Source of the DNA: Octopus bimaculoides
Taxonomy: Eukaryota
Length of the DNA stretch: 33,710 nt
Direction of reading: 5' to 3'
Assembly (NCBI RefSeq): GCF_001194135.2
Contig: NC_068987.1
Span: forward strand, 102,758,407-102,792,116
Part shown: one piece after another, positions 22,792-33,710 of the stretch
Layout of the letters: every line of letters begins with the position of its first letter
How positions within the stretch are numbered: the stretch's first letter is position 1
Position numbers and translations under genes: made by a program
The notes under the pieces: generated by a model
Databases searched by the model: none
Told to the model about the DNA's origin: nothing
What the model saw: only the letters and a program-made list of their open reading frames with translations

Positions 22792-23547
22792 NNNNNNNNN
22801 NNNNNNNNNNNNNNNNNNNNNNNNNNNNNNNNNNNNNNNNNNNNNNNNNNNNNNNNNNNNNNNNNNNNNNNNNNNNNNNNNNNNNNNNNNNNNNNNNNNN
22901 NNNNNNNNNNNNNNNNNNNNNNNNNNNNNNNNNNNNNNNNNNNNNNNNNNNNNNNNNNNNNNNNNNNNNNNNNNNNNNNNNNNNNNNNNNNNNNNNNNNN
23001 NNNNNNNNNNNNNNNNNNNNNNNNNNNNNNNNNNNNNNNNNNNNNNNNNNNNNNNNNNNNNNNNNNNNNNNNNNNNNNNNNNNNNNNNNNNNNNNNNNNN
23101 NNNNNNNNNNNNNNNNNNNNNNNNNNNNNNNNNNNNNNNNNNNNNNNNNNNNNNNNNNNNNNNNNNNNNNNNNNNNNNNNNNNNNNNNNNNNNNNNNNNN
23201 NNNNNNNNNNNNNNNNNNNNNNNNNNNNNNNNNNNNNNNNNNNNNNNNNNNNNNNNNNNNNNNNNNNNNNNNNNNNNNNNNNNNNNNNNNNNNNNNNNNN
23301 NNNNNNNNNNNNNNNNNNNNNNNNNNNNNNNNNNNNNNNNNNNNNNNNNNNNNNNNNNNNNNNNNNNNNNNNNNNNNNNNNNNNNNNNNNNNNNNNNNNN
23401 NNNNNNNNNNNNNNNNNNNNNNNNNNNNNNNNNNNNNNNNNNNNNNNNNNNNNNNNNNNNNNNNNNNNNNNNNNNNNNNNNNNNNNNNNNNNNNNNNNNN
23501 NNNNNNNNNNNNNNNNNNNNNNNNNNNNNNNNNNNNNNNNNNNNNNN
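22792..23547. other. Assembly gap (N-run)
   Basis: Ns. Confidence 0.99.
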
Positions 23548-23584
23548 TATATATATATAGATATAGATATGCATACATACGTAC

Positions 23585-24057
23585 AACAAACTCAAGAATC
23601 TCGAAGAGGCCGACATAAACTAGTTCTTTGTAATTGAGAATAACTAAATGACAGTTGGGGGTCTGCGCCTGAACCATTATAATCTCCACTGCTATGCACA
23701 CCAAGTTCCCACTATCTGTAATGGTCTTTAGGGTGTGTGCAATGAAGGTCAATTCATGCCTTCCAACTTTTTCTGCAAAGCCTTAAGTTCAATGCAACAG
23801 CCTGGATCGCGAGAGAGTTTCTCGAGGAAGGGCGTAAATGTTCCAACAAGGCTTTGCTCCCTCCATGGGTTACACCAAACATTCGGCTTCCTAGCCTTCC
23901 TGATTTAAACCCTTTCGATTGAGACCTAAAGTCGTTGATGTCTCCCACTGGGGAAGTTATGGCCAAAAGAGATAAAGACTACCTGATCAAGCTATTTAAT
24001 TTTCATTGAAACTTCATCGAGGCATTAGTCGGGATTGATGGAGGCTTTATCAAATAG
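23585..24057 (+). mobile_element. Decayed Tc1/mariner transposase remnant (DD37D/maT-like)
   Basis: NKLKNLEEADIN*FF..ENN (cf. NKLK.PEE...WFFSDEKN), NDSW, MHTKFPLSVMVF, NEGQFMPSNFF, FQQGFAPS (cf. QQDSAP), VTPNI..PS.PDLNPFD, FIEALVGIDGGFIK-stop at 24055-24057. Confidence 0.8.
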
Positions 24058-24534
24058 TATTTTGCAATGTTTATGTAAGAATATGTGCAACAAATTCTAT
24101 AAATATACATTGGCTTCGTTGTAATAGCTTAAACGTTTCGGCCGTTATATATTTTGCACAACTTCAGGTGCCTGTGCTTTTCTTAATATTCTAGAAATTT
24201 AGAATAGAAGTCTTTATTAAAATCGATTGGTTTCATTCTATTTCCAAACTAATGATTTTGTCCGTAAAATTTATTCTACCCTTAATGTGACTAGTGCATC
24301 TTACTAGAAATATATCAGTCTAGTTTTATTTGCACAATAGTTGTTTATTAAACTAGCTAAAGTACATAAACTACTTAATAATTCAACAAGGCTGACAAAA
24401 ATTCTCTCAATCTATAAAGTGAACTTAATGATGGCTTGGTTCAAAATTCGGAGAATATTATCGACTAAGGTAAGCATATTATTGCGCTGAAATATATGTT
24501 AAACCAGCATTTAATTATTATTTTACCCAAAATA

Positions 24535-24903
24535 GGTAGAGGCACAATGGCCCAGTGGTTAGGGCAGCGGACTCGCGGTCATAGGATCGTGGTTTCGACT
24601 CCCAGACCGTGCGTTGTGAGTACTTATTGAGCGAAAACAATTAAAGTTCCACGAGGCTCCGGCAGGGGATGGTGGCGAACCCTGCTGTACTCTTCCACCA
24701 CAACTTTCTCTTACTTCCTGCTTCTGTTGTGCCTGTAGTTCAAAAGGTCAGCCTTGTCACGCTGAATATCCCTGAGAACTACGTTAAGGGTACACGTGTC
24801 TGTGGAGTGCTCAGCCACTTACACATTTAATTTCACGAGCAGGCTGTTCCGTTGATCGGATCTACTGGAACCCTCGACGTCGTAAGCGACGAGGGTGTCA
24901 ACA
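24535..24903 (+). mobile_element. tRNA-derived SINE, family B, full length
   Basis: Colinear with 14182-14537; perfect 12-bp TSD ttacccaaaata at 24523-24534 and 24904-24915. Confidence 0.95.
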
Positions 24904-26173
24904 TTACCCAAAATAACTACGTGTGTAGGATTTCTTTCCATAAAATTTTTCGACGAATCCATTGCATAAATACTGATAAGATTGTTTTTTTTTGTTTTTT
25001 TTTTTTGATATTTTTCTCTTATTTGAACTTTGAAAAATTTAATTATGCGTCGGTTATGAATTCTAAAGCCGATTCTTCATGTTGTCTTATTTGACGTATA
25101 TTAGTTTCGATTAGTTTCAAATAACACCTCATTTTTATATACATATGGCTTTATAGGCTCATTCGCTTTCTTACTTGTGTCTTTTAAAAGCTCCTTCTTG
25201 TTTTCATCGCTCACTGTCTACGAATGCCTTTGTAAATTAAATTTTGACAGTATTGTCTTCTTCTCAGCTAAGGTTTCTAAATTTCCGTGTTGATAAAATA
25301 TTCTTCCGATGTGATTTTCATATAATCCTTACAAAAAGAAGGATCTTATTGATTGATAAGCACTAATAATAGTTCTGATAATTAATCATAATTGAGAATT
25401 TGATAGCATCCCATATAATCCGCAGATTCCTTCGAATGTGCAAAGTGAGCATGCGATATTACGTTATTGAAAAACCTGTTTTATAAATGCAAGTTTCTCA
25501 ATGGTGAACAAAAGAAAATACTAAGAGGAAACCATTGTTACTATCAGTGCATCAGCTAGCTAATTGTAATAAATGAAACATTTTATAACCCAAGTGAATG
25601 ACATAACACTTGCTAAAACACACACGCGCACACACATAGTCATACGCTTAAACACACACGCTGAACCAAACATGCACAAACTACTATAGCAGATACTTCA
25701 ATAAAGAAGTCTGCGTACTTTATGAAACACATAGAATTTTAGGAAGATAAACAAGTAAACACAATTGCATACGAGTGGAATTAGTATTAATCAGTCCAAT
25801 CAAACTGCTTCAAATATTTTATAGTACCGCATAAAAATGTTATAAAACGAAGTCGTAATACTGACAGACTGTCACAGCTGCTAAAATTATTATGAATGTT
25901 AAGTCGGGTCTCATTAAAATATAAACTCTGTCAAATAATGTTACTTTATAAATGCACTTTATCATTCAGATGGATTATAAGAATACTAAAATTAGTTTAT
26001 TTCAATTCGGGTTGAGGGATCAGAGTGGCGTGAAATTATATGATGTCGTTTGTTGGTAAATTGAAAACAAGAGTTACCCAACATTGAAATAAAATTTGGT
26101 ATTGCGTTACTCTATAGACAAGGAATGTCAAAATATTTCAATAAGATTTAATAAATCAATGAAATGGATATTC

Positions 26174-26174
<1 letters not shown>

Positions 26175-26226
<52 letters not shown>

Positions 26227-26322
26227 CATCCGTCTGCCTGTCTGTCTGCCTGTCTGCCTGTCTGTCTGTCTGTATGTATGTATGTATGTATGTATGTATG
26301 CCTGTATATCTATCTATCTATC

Positions 26323-26353
<31 letters not shown>

Positions 26354-26466
26354 CCATCCGTCTGTCTGTCTGTCTGCCTGTCTGCCTGCTTGTCTGTCTG
26401 TCTGTCTGTATGTCTGTATGTATGTATGTAAGTATGTATGTAAGTATGTATGTATGTATGCCTGTA

Positions 26467-26509
<43 letters not shown>

Positions 26510-26727
26510 ATATTTATCTTTCTATTTATCTATCTCTCTATCTCTCTATCTATCTATCCATCCGTCTGTCTGTCTGTCTGCCTGCCTGCCTGTCTGCCTG
26601 TCTGTCTTTCTGTCTGTCTGTCTGTATGTATGTATGTAAGTATGTATGTAANNNNNNNNNNTCTGTCTGTCTGTCTGTATGTATGTATGTAAGTATGTAT
26701 GTAAGTACGTATGTATGTATGCCTGTA

Positions 26728-26775
<48 letters not shown>

Positions 26776-26801
26776 CATCTATCTATCTATCTATCTATAT
26801 A

Positions 26802-26854
<53 letters not shown>

Positions 26855-26871
26855 GTATTTATCTATTTATC
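26175..26871. repeat. Compound tetranucleotide satellite (TATC/CATC/TGTC/TGCC/TGTA) with higher-order units
   Basis: Recurring block order; marker ccatccgtctg near 26226, 26354 and 26558; marker gcctgtatatct at 26300, 26460 and 26721; 10-N gap at 26652-26661. Confidence 0.95.
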
Positions 26872-28270
26872 AATTTCCTTGACAGATATATTATTATCAG
26901 TGAGAACACTTACATCTATTTGTATTTTGAACAAGTTTTTTCTTCTCTGTTTTTAATGAATATGTCTGGTCGATTAGCCTGGATGGTTCTGTCGGTGTTG
27001 ACTGGAAAATCCCAGAGGAAAGTGACATTTGTACCTTCAACAACTGGCTCAGGATGATGTTCATACCAGTAAGATGGAGTGCTGATTTTTTAGTGCTCAC
27101 ACGTTTCTAATATAAATACTGCCCTACTCTATCGTGGCGATATTTGAATTCGTTTGGTGTCGACACGGGACATCCCGACACGTGATGGTCGATCGTTTCA
27201 TCAAGTTTATCGTTGAATCTGCATTTAGGGTTGTGAATGTTTTATATCACAATTCTACCTGCATCATTCCTCTTAACCCATTACTTCTAGGTAGGTACAG
27301 ACGCTGAATGTCTGCTTTTGGGTGGTGCATGTTCTTAGATGCTATTAGTTTTCGTGTCTTCCTGCCCAGGCGTTGGAGTTCTGTAAGGTTCCAGTTAACG
27401 ATGTTAAAACTATATTGGACTACTGGTTTGTCAGGGTGTCAATGGCTTCGATGCTTTTTTTGGAGCTGAGTTCAGTTTTTAGTATGAGTCACCCTCCTGT
27501 AATACTCCTTTGGTATTTTTTCCTTCATAGTAGCATGTTGCATACTGTCTCCTTCGTTTATCCCCATGTATTTATAGCTTTCTTGTTGGTTAAGCTCCTT
27601 GAAATTAGTGTCGGTATCTAATTTAATGGAAGCGGTTTGTTTGAGCATGCCACTTACAAAAGTTGCTCTAGCACACTTATCAAGGCCAAAATCCATCTCG
27701 ATGTCATTGCTAAACTCTTCAAAAGTTGTTAACAGCCGTACAAGCTCTTCATCATTTCTTCAAACAGCTTCAGATCATCCATATAAAACAGATGATTTAC
27801 AAGAGTATTACACATTTTAAAACCATACCTGGTGTGACTCAGTTCATTTGAGAGTGGGGTCAGTGCCATGCAAAAGAGTAATGGTGAGAGGGAGTCACCT
27901 TGAAAGATGCCTCGTTTGATGTTGATGTTGTTAGGGTAGCTCATCCTACTACTATGGTTTAGAAGCAGATGTATATTCCACTTGGCCATGCGATCTTCTA
28001 AGAATTTGGAGACTACAGGAGAGATTTTGTATATCTCAAGGGCCTGGAGTATCCAATTATGTGGGACACTATCAAACAGTTTCCTGTTGTCTATCCATGC
28101 CATACTCGGGTACTTCTTGTTGCTTCGACAATTCTCTACAATCATTCTATTTATGATTAATGGACGTTTGCATCCATAAGGTTTCCTTTTACAACCTTCT
28201 TGAGCTTGTGGCAGGATCGAGGTCTGTTCCAGCAAAGTGTACATACTTTCACTTAGTATGGATGTTTGAT
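26872..28270 (-). mobile_element. Decayed R4/Dong-clade LINE fragment (RT core, knuckle, part of RLE), truncated at both ends, internally deleted
   Basis: ORF 27729-28277: MAWIDNRKLFDSVPH, KRGIFQGDSLSPLLF, HLFYMDDLKLF. Then MDFGLDKCA..YKYMG, HHPKADIQRLYLPR, KCRF..ETIDHHVSGCP, WYEHHPEPV..WDFPVNTDRTIQANRPDI. Stops at KEIDK where the satellite begins. Confidence 0.93.
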
Positions 28271-28309
28271 TTAACATGTGCGGCGAGATCCAAACATTTT
28301 AAATCAAAC

Positions 28310-29570
28310 GGTGTCATCGACATTACATCATACCTATGTCCATTAAACATTTTATTTAATTGTTCTATTATGCAACCAGCATAAGGCAATATTTATTTGG
28401 TGCATTCCACAGTGTACACTAAATAGGAATCATCAGAGATCAAAACTTCTATAACATTTCTATTATGATTTGTGATGGAATTGACTTGAATCATGTTGTT
28501 GCACAATGAAGACGGCTTATCTCCCCTGCGATTGGTTTTCGAGCTACAGCGTTCAGAAACCTCAATATTGGTGTTATGGGATTCAAGGTACTGTTTATAG
28601 TTCTCGTATATGTTTTTATCACGTTTAAAGCCTACAATAGGCGGATGAGAGAATAGTTGTTTGAAATCATGTTATTTCTTGAAATATACTGCTAATTTTA
28701 ATAGAACTTTTGAAATGCTAGCGAAATTTCGGTGCAAGTTCATCACTAAAGAAATTCGATCACAAATTTTAATCTGGCTGCTAGAATTATGCATGGAATT
28801 TTAATGTTTTATTAATCTTAGCTATGTAATTTTTGATTTGTTTTAATCGTGATTCATAATAACTGCGTTTGACATAATGGCACACAAAAGCATATGCATT
28901 TTTATAATAAATGCTTTCTTATTTCAGTACAATTCAGATTTGTCCTCGAAAACTGAGATTTCGAATTTGACTTAATTGTATGTTGTTGATGATCGGAGCG
29001 GCGGTGAAGGTAAATTTAGGATGGCTTGGGTTTTTGAAATAATTCTGTCATTATTTAGCCTCACACCAACTTAAAAATTCGACGCTATTTTTCAAAAACC
29101 TCGACTAGAATTTCAAATTGAACTTAAAACAATAGTTTGTATTCAGCGATTTTTCCCAGACAAATATTTTATCAATTGAAGCGTAGCCATGGGGATTAGT
29201 TTTTGATTGTGCAGAGATTTGAATGTCTTCATTACCTGTCTCAAATTTTGTCAGAAAGACGTTAGTGGTATTAACTGCCATAGCGGTACCTATGGCGCGT
29301 CCTCTCGTCTCCTGATGAAAGTTTTGTCCAAACTTCAATAATTTACAGAGAAAAAATATATATGATACCTTTGTTTAACTGTTTTTTAAAGATACTGATG
29401 CATGTTTCAACCATTTCAAGATGACCAATAGTGGGGTATAGTGTAGAAGCATGCATCGTTACCAAAAATATTATTCTATAGTACTTCGGTGGTTAGAAAA
29501 GATTGTTAACTTTGGTCGCATAGTTATTTTAGTTGACGCTTTGAATGTGTGTGGTGAAATCTGAAAGTAA
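28310..29570 (-). mobile_element. Decayed Penelope-like element with RT and GIY-YIG endonuclease
   Basis: In order: LVTMHASTLYPTI (motif A), GRAIGTAMAVNTTNVF (motif B), WLRF-IDKIFVW (motif C), YLHRRSDH..KSQF, HYVKRSY, DFKQLFSHPPIVGFKRDKN, then YLVYTVECTK*ILPYAGC..QLNKMFNGHRYD (GIY-YIG pattern VY..C..Y.G..RF..H). Confidence 0.88.
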
Positions 29571-31699
29571 TATACGCCTGAAAAATGATAAGGAATTGTA
29601 ATAACACAGAAAATCTGACAGTAAGTTTATTGACTCACTAATTAGTCAATTTTTTCTTGAATAAAATCTCATTCTGAAAAGTACAAGTAAGACAGAGCTA
29701 CAGTGATGAGATCTTATAATATCAAATCATATCCATAGCTACAACCTGAGTTACTAACTCTGAATCTCACTCCCTAATGCATAATACATGTCATACATAT
29801 TTTGGTCTATTTAACCTTAGAGCTTTCTACTTTGCCTTTCACTCGGAAGTACCTTTGATGCTCCATTTCTTTTTCATTCCATTACGTGTTCAGTTTTCAC
29901 TCATTTCACAGTTTTGGGAGGTACTCTTTACGTTAAGTATGCATTCTTTGCTTATATATACTGAAAGAGAACTGTTAAGCATTGCACGCATATTATTTAA
30001 TGTTAACACAATACAAAAGAGAGAAACGAAATAAACCACTCCACCATACCCAAATTACATAGGACTGCTTTCATTTTTGCATTGAGAAAAACAAGAAATA
30101 CATCTAAATAGAAATAGTAACTTAAGATAGGCATGATTATCAAAGAATAGTTGAAGATTGTGGTTTCACAAGTCCTGTAGCAATGGTTTCCTAAATTGGG
30201 TAAAGGCAAGGATTCGTGATATTACGTGATGTTCATGCGTTAAGCTTGTGCATTACTAATTTATGCGAAATATTTCTAACCATGAACTGTAACCAGTCTA
30301 TTGATTCTGATTGCCAGTACAATAACTTTATTCAAATATTATTCACCCACCCTGCTGACGATAATCTTTTCATATCTTCTATGATTTAAAAAAATAAACT
30401 AGTAGAGGAAAATAATGAAAAAATAGCAGATAAATTTGAATAATAAGCTAAAGCAAAAGAACTAAGAACAAGAAAAAATAAACAGTAAAGTAAAAATAAC
30501 TATTAGGAAACATATAAACTACCATATAAAACTGTATAACCTACTACACATAACAGAATGAAAAAATAATAGCTGCAAACACAACAGGTGTTCTCTGTAT
30601 GAAATGAAGTATTCGGGCTAAAATAAGGCAGAGGAATTGAAATAGGGAAGATTTGTATTTTTCTTTTAAATATTTTTCTATTCTGTAAACAAAAGAACAA
30701 AAGTTAATGAAAAAACATAGAGGAATTCTTGTGGATTTCCATTCTAGAAAATGTCGATAAAAGCAGTATTTTTTTTGTAAGACTTTCATTCAATTCTTCC
30801 TTCTCTCTTATCTTATTTTTCTCATTATTATCTTTCATCTTTGTTACCTTTTTCAATGTTTTGATGTGTCTTTATTTCTAACCCTGTTTTAGTTTTCCAT
30901 CACCGACAATTTTTCAAAATTTCTTTCTTTTTTTTCCTTTCATTTTTTTCTCCTTTATTCATTTGTTCTTTCCATACTTCTTCCTTCCTTCTTTCGTTCA
31001 TTCTTTGATACTTTCCCCATAAGTTTCTTTCTTTCTTCGTTTAGTACTTCGTTCACTTCTTTTTATTTTACCCCTTCCGTCCTTCTTCTGCTTTTCCTTT
31101 CACCTGCCTTCCTTCTGCCACTTTATATTTCTGTCTTCAGTTTTTATTTCTAGAGTTCTATTGCTCAACGTTTATTTTAATTGCTAGTGGCGGAATTTTC
31201 TTAACAATATCAACTATTCCTATCGACAAATAATTTCAGACATGTAACATTCGCATAAGAACTTTTTCACTTATCTCACATCAGCCAACTTTGTGGATAT
31301 TTCGTAAATGACTTACACCCACACCCTATAACCTTAACTCGAATCATCTAGGCGCTGAGTTTGCTGTTTCGCTATATTTCTTGTTGTTGTTAATAATTGT
31401 ATTTTTTATGATTCTGCCTGTTATCAAAATTTTAAGAATTTCTGCTGTAGTCTTCAACGTGATTATTTTCAATTGTATTTCCGGCAATATGATATTTTAA
31501 ATATTTTATTAAAATTATTATACTGCTTACTCTCCCGCGCTTGTATCATCATCACAATCACCACCTACATCCATGGTATATTCTTAGATGTTTTTTCTTG
31601 TTCTAGTTATCTTCATTACTGTTGATGTTTCACTCATTGTTTTGTACGAAGTAACAACTATCCTTAAAAAATCGACCACCTCATATTAACATCATCGTC

Positions 31700-31790
31700 G
31701 CCAACATTGTCAATGTCATCATCATCATCATAATCATCATCCTTTTCACAGTTATCATCATCATCATCATCATCATCATCGTCATCATCA
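31700..31790. repeat. Imperfect (CAT)n microsatellite
   Basis: Direct reading. Confidence 0.85.
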
Positions 31791-32141
31791 AGAATATCTA
31801 AACATGCACAAATAATCTAATAAACACGCTCACCAACCTTCCCACGTTTAATGTGATACACAGTGTAAAATGGTGATATATTTACTTATATGTGTATGTG
31901 CGTGTGCGCGCGAGGCACAAAGAGTTTTCGTAATTAACACCACCATTCGTGTCGTGCATATGAAGTAATGCAGATTTTAATGATGTTTTGATATTGCTCA
32001 TGTTTCATCATTTGATAGTAGTTTCTCCATCGTGACTTAGATCGCTGGACAACATACCTTTACACTTCAAATGAGTATCACGTATTATGATTCGGAGAAC
32101 TTTTCCGCTTCTGTTTTTCTTACCGCACCGCACACATTCGA

Positions 32142-32142
<1 letters not shown>

Positions 32143-32204
<62 letters not shown>

Positions 32205-32235
32205 TACACATACACATACACACACAAGCACACAC
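32143..32235. repeat. (GCAC)/(CA)n microsatellite
   Basis: Direct reading. Confidence 0.93.
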
Positions 32236-32259
32236 ATATATGTATACGTATATACATCG

Positions 32260-32456
32260 TTCAGTGGTTAGAGCGTCGAGTTTATGATCGTGAGATTGTG
32301 AGTTCGATTCCCGGACCGGGCTGCGTGTTGTGTTCTTGAGTAAGACACTTTATTTCACGTTGCGCAGTTAACTCAGCTGTAGAAATGAGTTGCGACATCA
32401 CTGGTGCCAAGCTATATCGGCCATTGCGTTTCCCTTGGATAACATCAGTGGTGTAG
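32260..32456 (+). mobile_element. tRNA-derived CORE-like SINE, family D (5' part, runs into a gap)
   Basis: tcagtggttagagcg (A box), gagttcgattcc (B box), gtgttcttgagtaagacactttatttcac..ctcagctgtagaaatgag (CORE-like). Confidence 0.88.
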
Positions 32457-32830
32457 NNNNNNNNNNNNNNNNNNNNNNNNNNNNNNNNNNNNNNNNNNNN
32501 NNNNNNNNNNNNNNNNNNNNNNNNNNNNNNNNNNNNNNNNNNNNNNNNNNNNNNNNNNNNNNNNNNNNNNNNNNNNNNNNNNNNNNNNNNNNNNNNNNNN
32601 NNNNNNNNNNNNNNNNNNNNNNNNNNNNNNNNNNNNNNNNNNNNNNNNNNNNNNNNNNNNNNNNNNNNNNNNNNNNNNNNNNNNNNNNNNNNNNNNNNNN
32701 NNNNNNNNNNNNNNNNNNNNNNNNNNNNNNNNNNNNNNNNNNNNNNNNNNNNNNNNNNNNNNNNNNNNNNNNNNNNNNNNNNNNNNNNNNNNNNNNNNNN
32801 NNNNNNNNNNNNNNNNNNNNNNNNNNNNNN
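32457..32830. other. Assembly gap (N-run)
   Basis: Ns. Confidence 0.99.
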
Positions 32831-32865
<35 letters not shown>

Positions 32866-32867
<2 letters not shown>

Positions 32868-32960
32868 TTATTCTTTTATTTGTTTCTGTCTTTTCACTGT
32901 AGCCATGCTGGAACACCGCCTTTAGTCGAGTAAGTCGACCCCAGGACTTATTCTTTGTAA
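32866..32960 (-). mobile_element. 3' tail fragment of a family C SINE
   Basis: gccatgctggaacaccgcct..tcgaccccaggacttattctttgtaa matches 9600-9690. Confidence 0.8.
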
Positions 32961-33028
32961 ACACCCACGCGCGTGCGTACACGCTCACACACACACGCAT
33001 ATAAATATATATAAATAAATGTATGCAT

Positions 33029-33300
33029 ATTCCCGGACTGAGCTGCGTGTTGTGTTCTTGAGCAAGACACTTTATTTCACGTTGCTCCAGTTCACTCAGA
33101 TGTAGAAATGAGTTGTGACGTCACAGATGCCATGTTGTATCGGTCTTTGCCTTTCCCTTGGATATAATTGGTAACGTGGGGAGAAGTGGGTGGTATGCTT
33201 GGGCGACTTCTGGTCTTCCATAAACAACATTACCCGGACTTATTTCAGGAGGGGAACTTTATAGGTGCAAGCCCATGGTCATTCATGACCGAAGATCTTT
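33029..33300 (+). mobile_element. Family D SINE, 5'-truncated in the B box
   Basis: attcccggac..gtgttcttgagcaagacactttatttcacgttgc colinear with 32290-32456, continuing into a 3' region. Confidence 0.85.
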
Positions 33301-33410
33301 ATGTATGCATATAACCATATATACACATATACACACACACACACACACATATATCCACACATATAACTTGAGAAAATGTAAGAGGAGGAAAGTGAGTGAC
33401 AGTCAGATAA

Positions 33411-33452
<42 letters not shown>

Positions 33453-33489
33453 CAAATAACTAATATATATATATATATATATATATATA

Positions 33490-33688
33490 GTCGAAGTCGC
33501 CATGATAGATCACTGACCAAAACATACAATTTTTTTTCTCCGTGTTTTTCTCCTTGTTTTCTCCGTTGAGGAGCGTAGATCGAAACGTTAAAGACTTTCT
33601 CTATTCCCGAGCGTTAAACTAATACATCCTTTTGTTGTTTACACAACCTGTCCTCGTATGTTGTTGTATTTTTCGTAAATTCTCCCAT
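33490..33688 (+). mobile_element. Probable Penelope-like terminal repeat fragment between (TA)n runs
   Basis: Carries TTGAGGA-GCGTAGATC-GAAACGTTA (33566-33590), a hammerhead-like core, and is bounded by TA microsatellites. The PLE link rests on the known association of hammerheads with PLE termini. Confidence 0.5.
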
Positions 33689-33710
33689 ATATATATATAT
33701 ATATATATAT

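Noticed and set aside
24120-24175. Minus-strand CTGAAGT...CGAAACGTT hammerhead-like motif
   Set aside because: A9 is altered, stems I and II do not pair convincingly, and it lies in the probable mariner 3' end.
26096-27057. 297-aa and overlapping ORFs ([12 protein letters not shown] repeats)
   Set aside because: Translations of a tetranucleotide satellite, open in several frames; no coding signal.

Overview
AT-rich, microsatellite-dense eukaryotic DNA from a gapped draft assembly (six N-runs). I infer an octopod cephalopod (Octopus-like) from the SINE families and repeat landscape; the sequence alone does not prove this. No intact host protein-coding gene, tRNA, rRNA or CRISPR array is supportable, and most ORF-track entries are microsatellite or N-run artefacts or decayed transposon frames. 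The window is a layered transposon graveyard: three decayed R4/Dong-type (restriction-like endonuclease, RLE) LINEs, two clear or probable Penelope-like RT + GIY-YIG remnants plus terminal-repeat pieces with hammerhead-like cores, two decayed Tc1/mariner (DD37D-like) transposase remnants, and at least four tRNA-derived SINE families, several with readable target-site duplications (TSDs). The most interesting signals are mechanistic. Each RLE LINE ends at a different microsatellite (TAA, TACA, GATA/GACA). SINEs inserted repeatedly at the same site or into each other. A small insertion contains TTAGGG units. There are also a 160-bp fold-back element and perfect palindromes.
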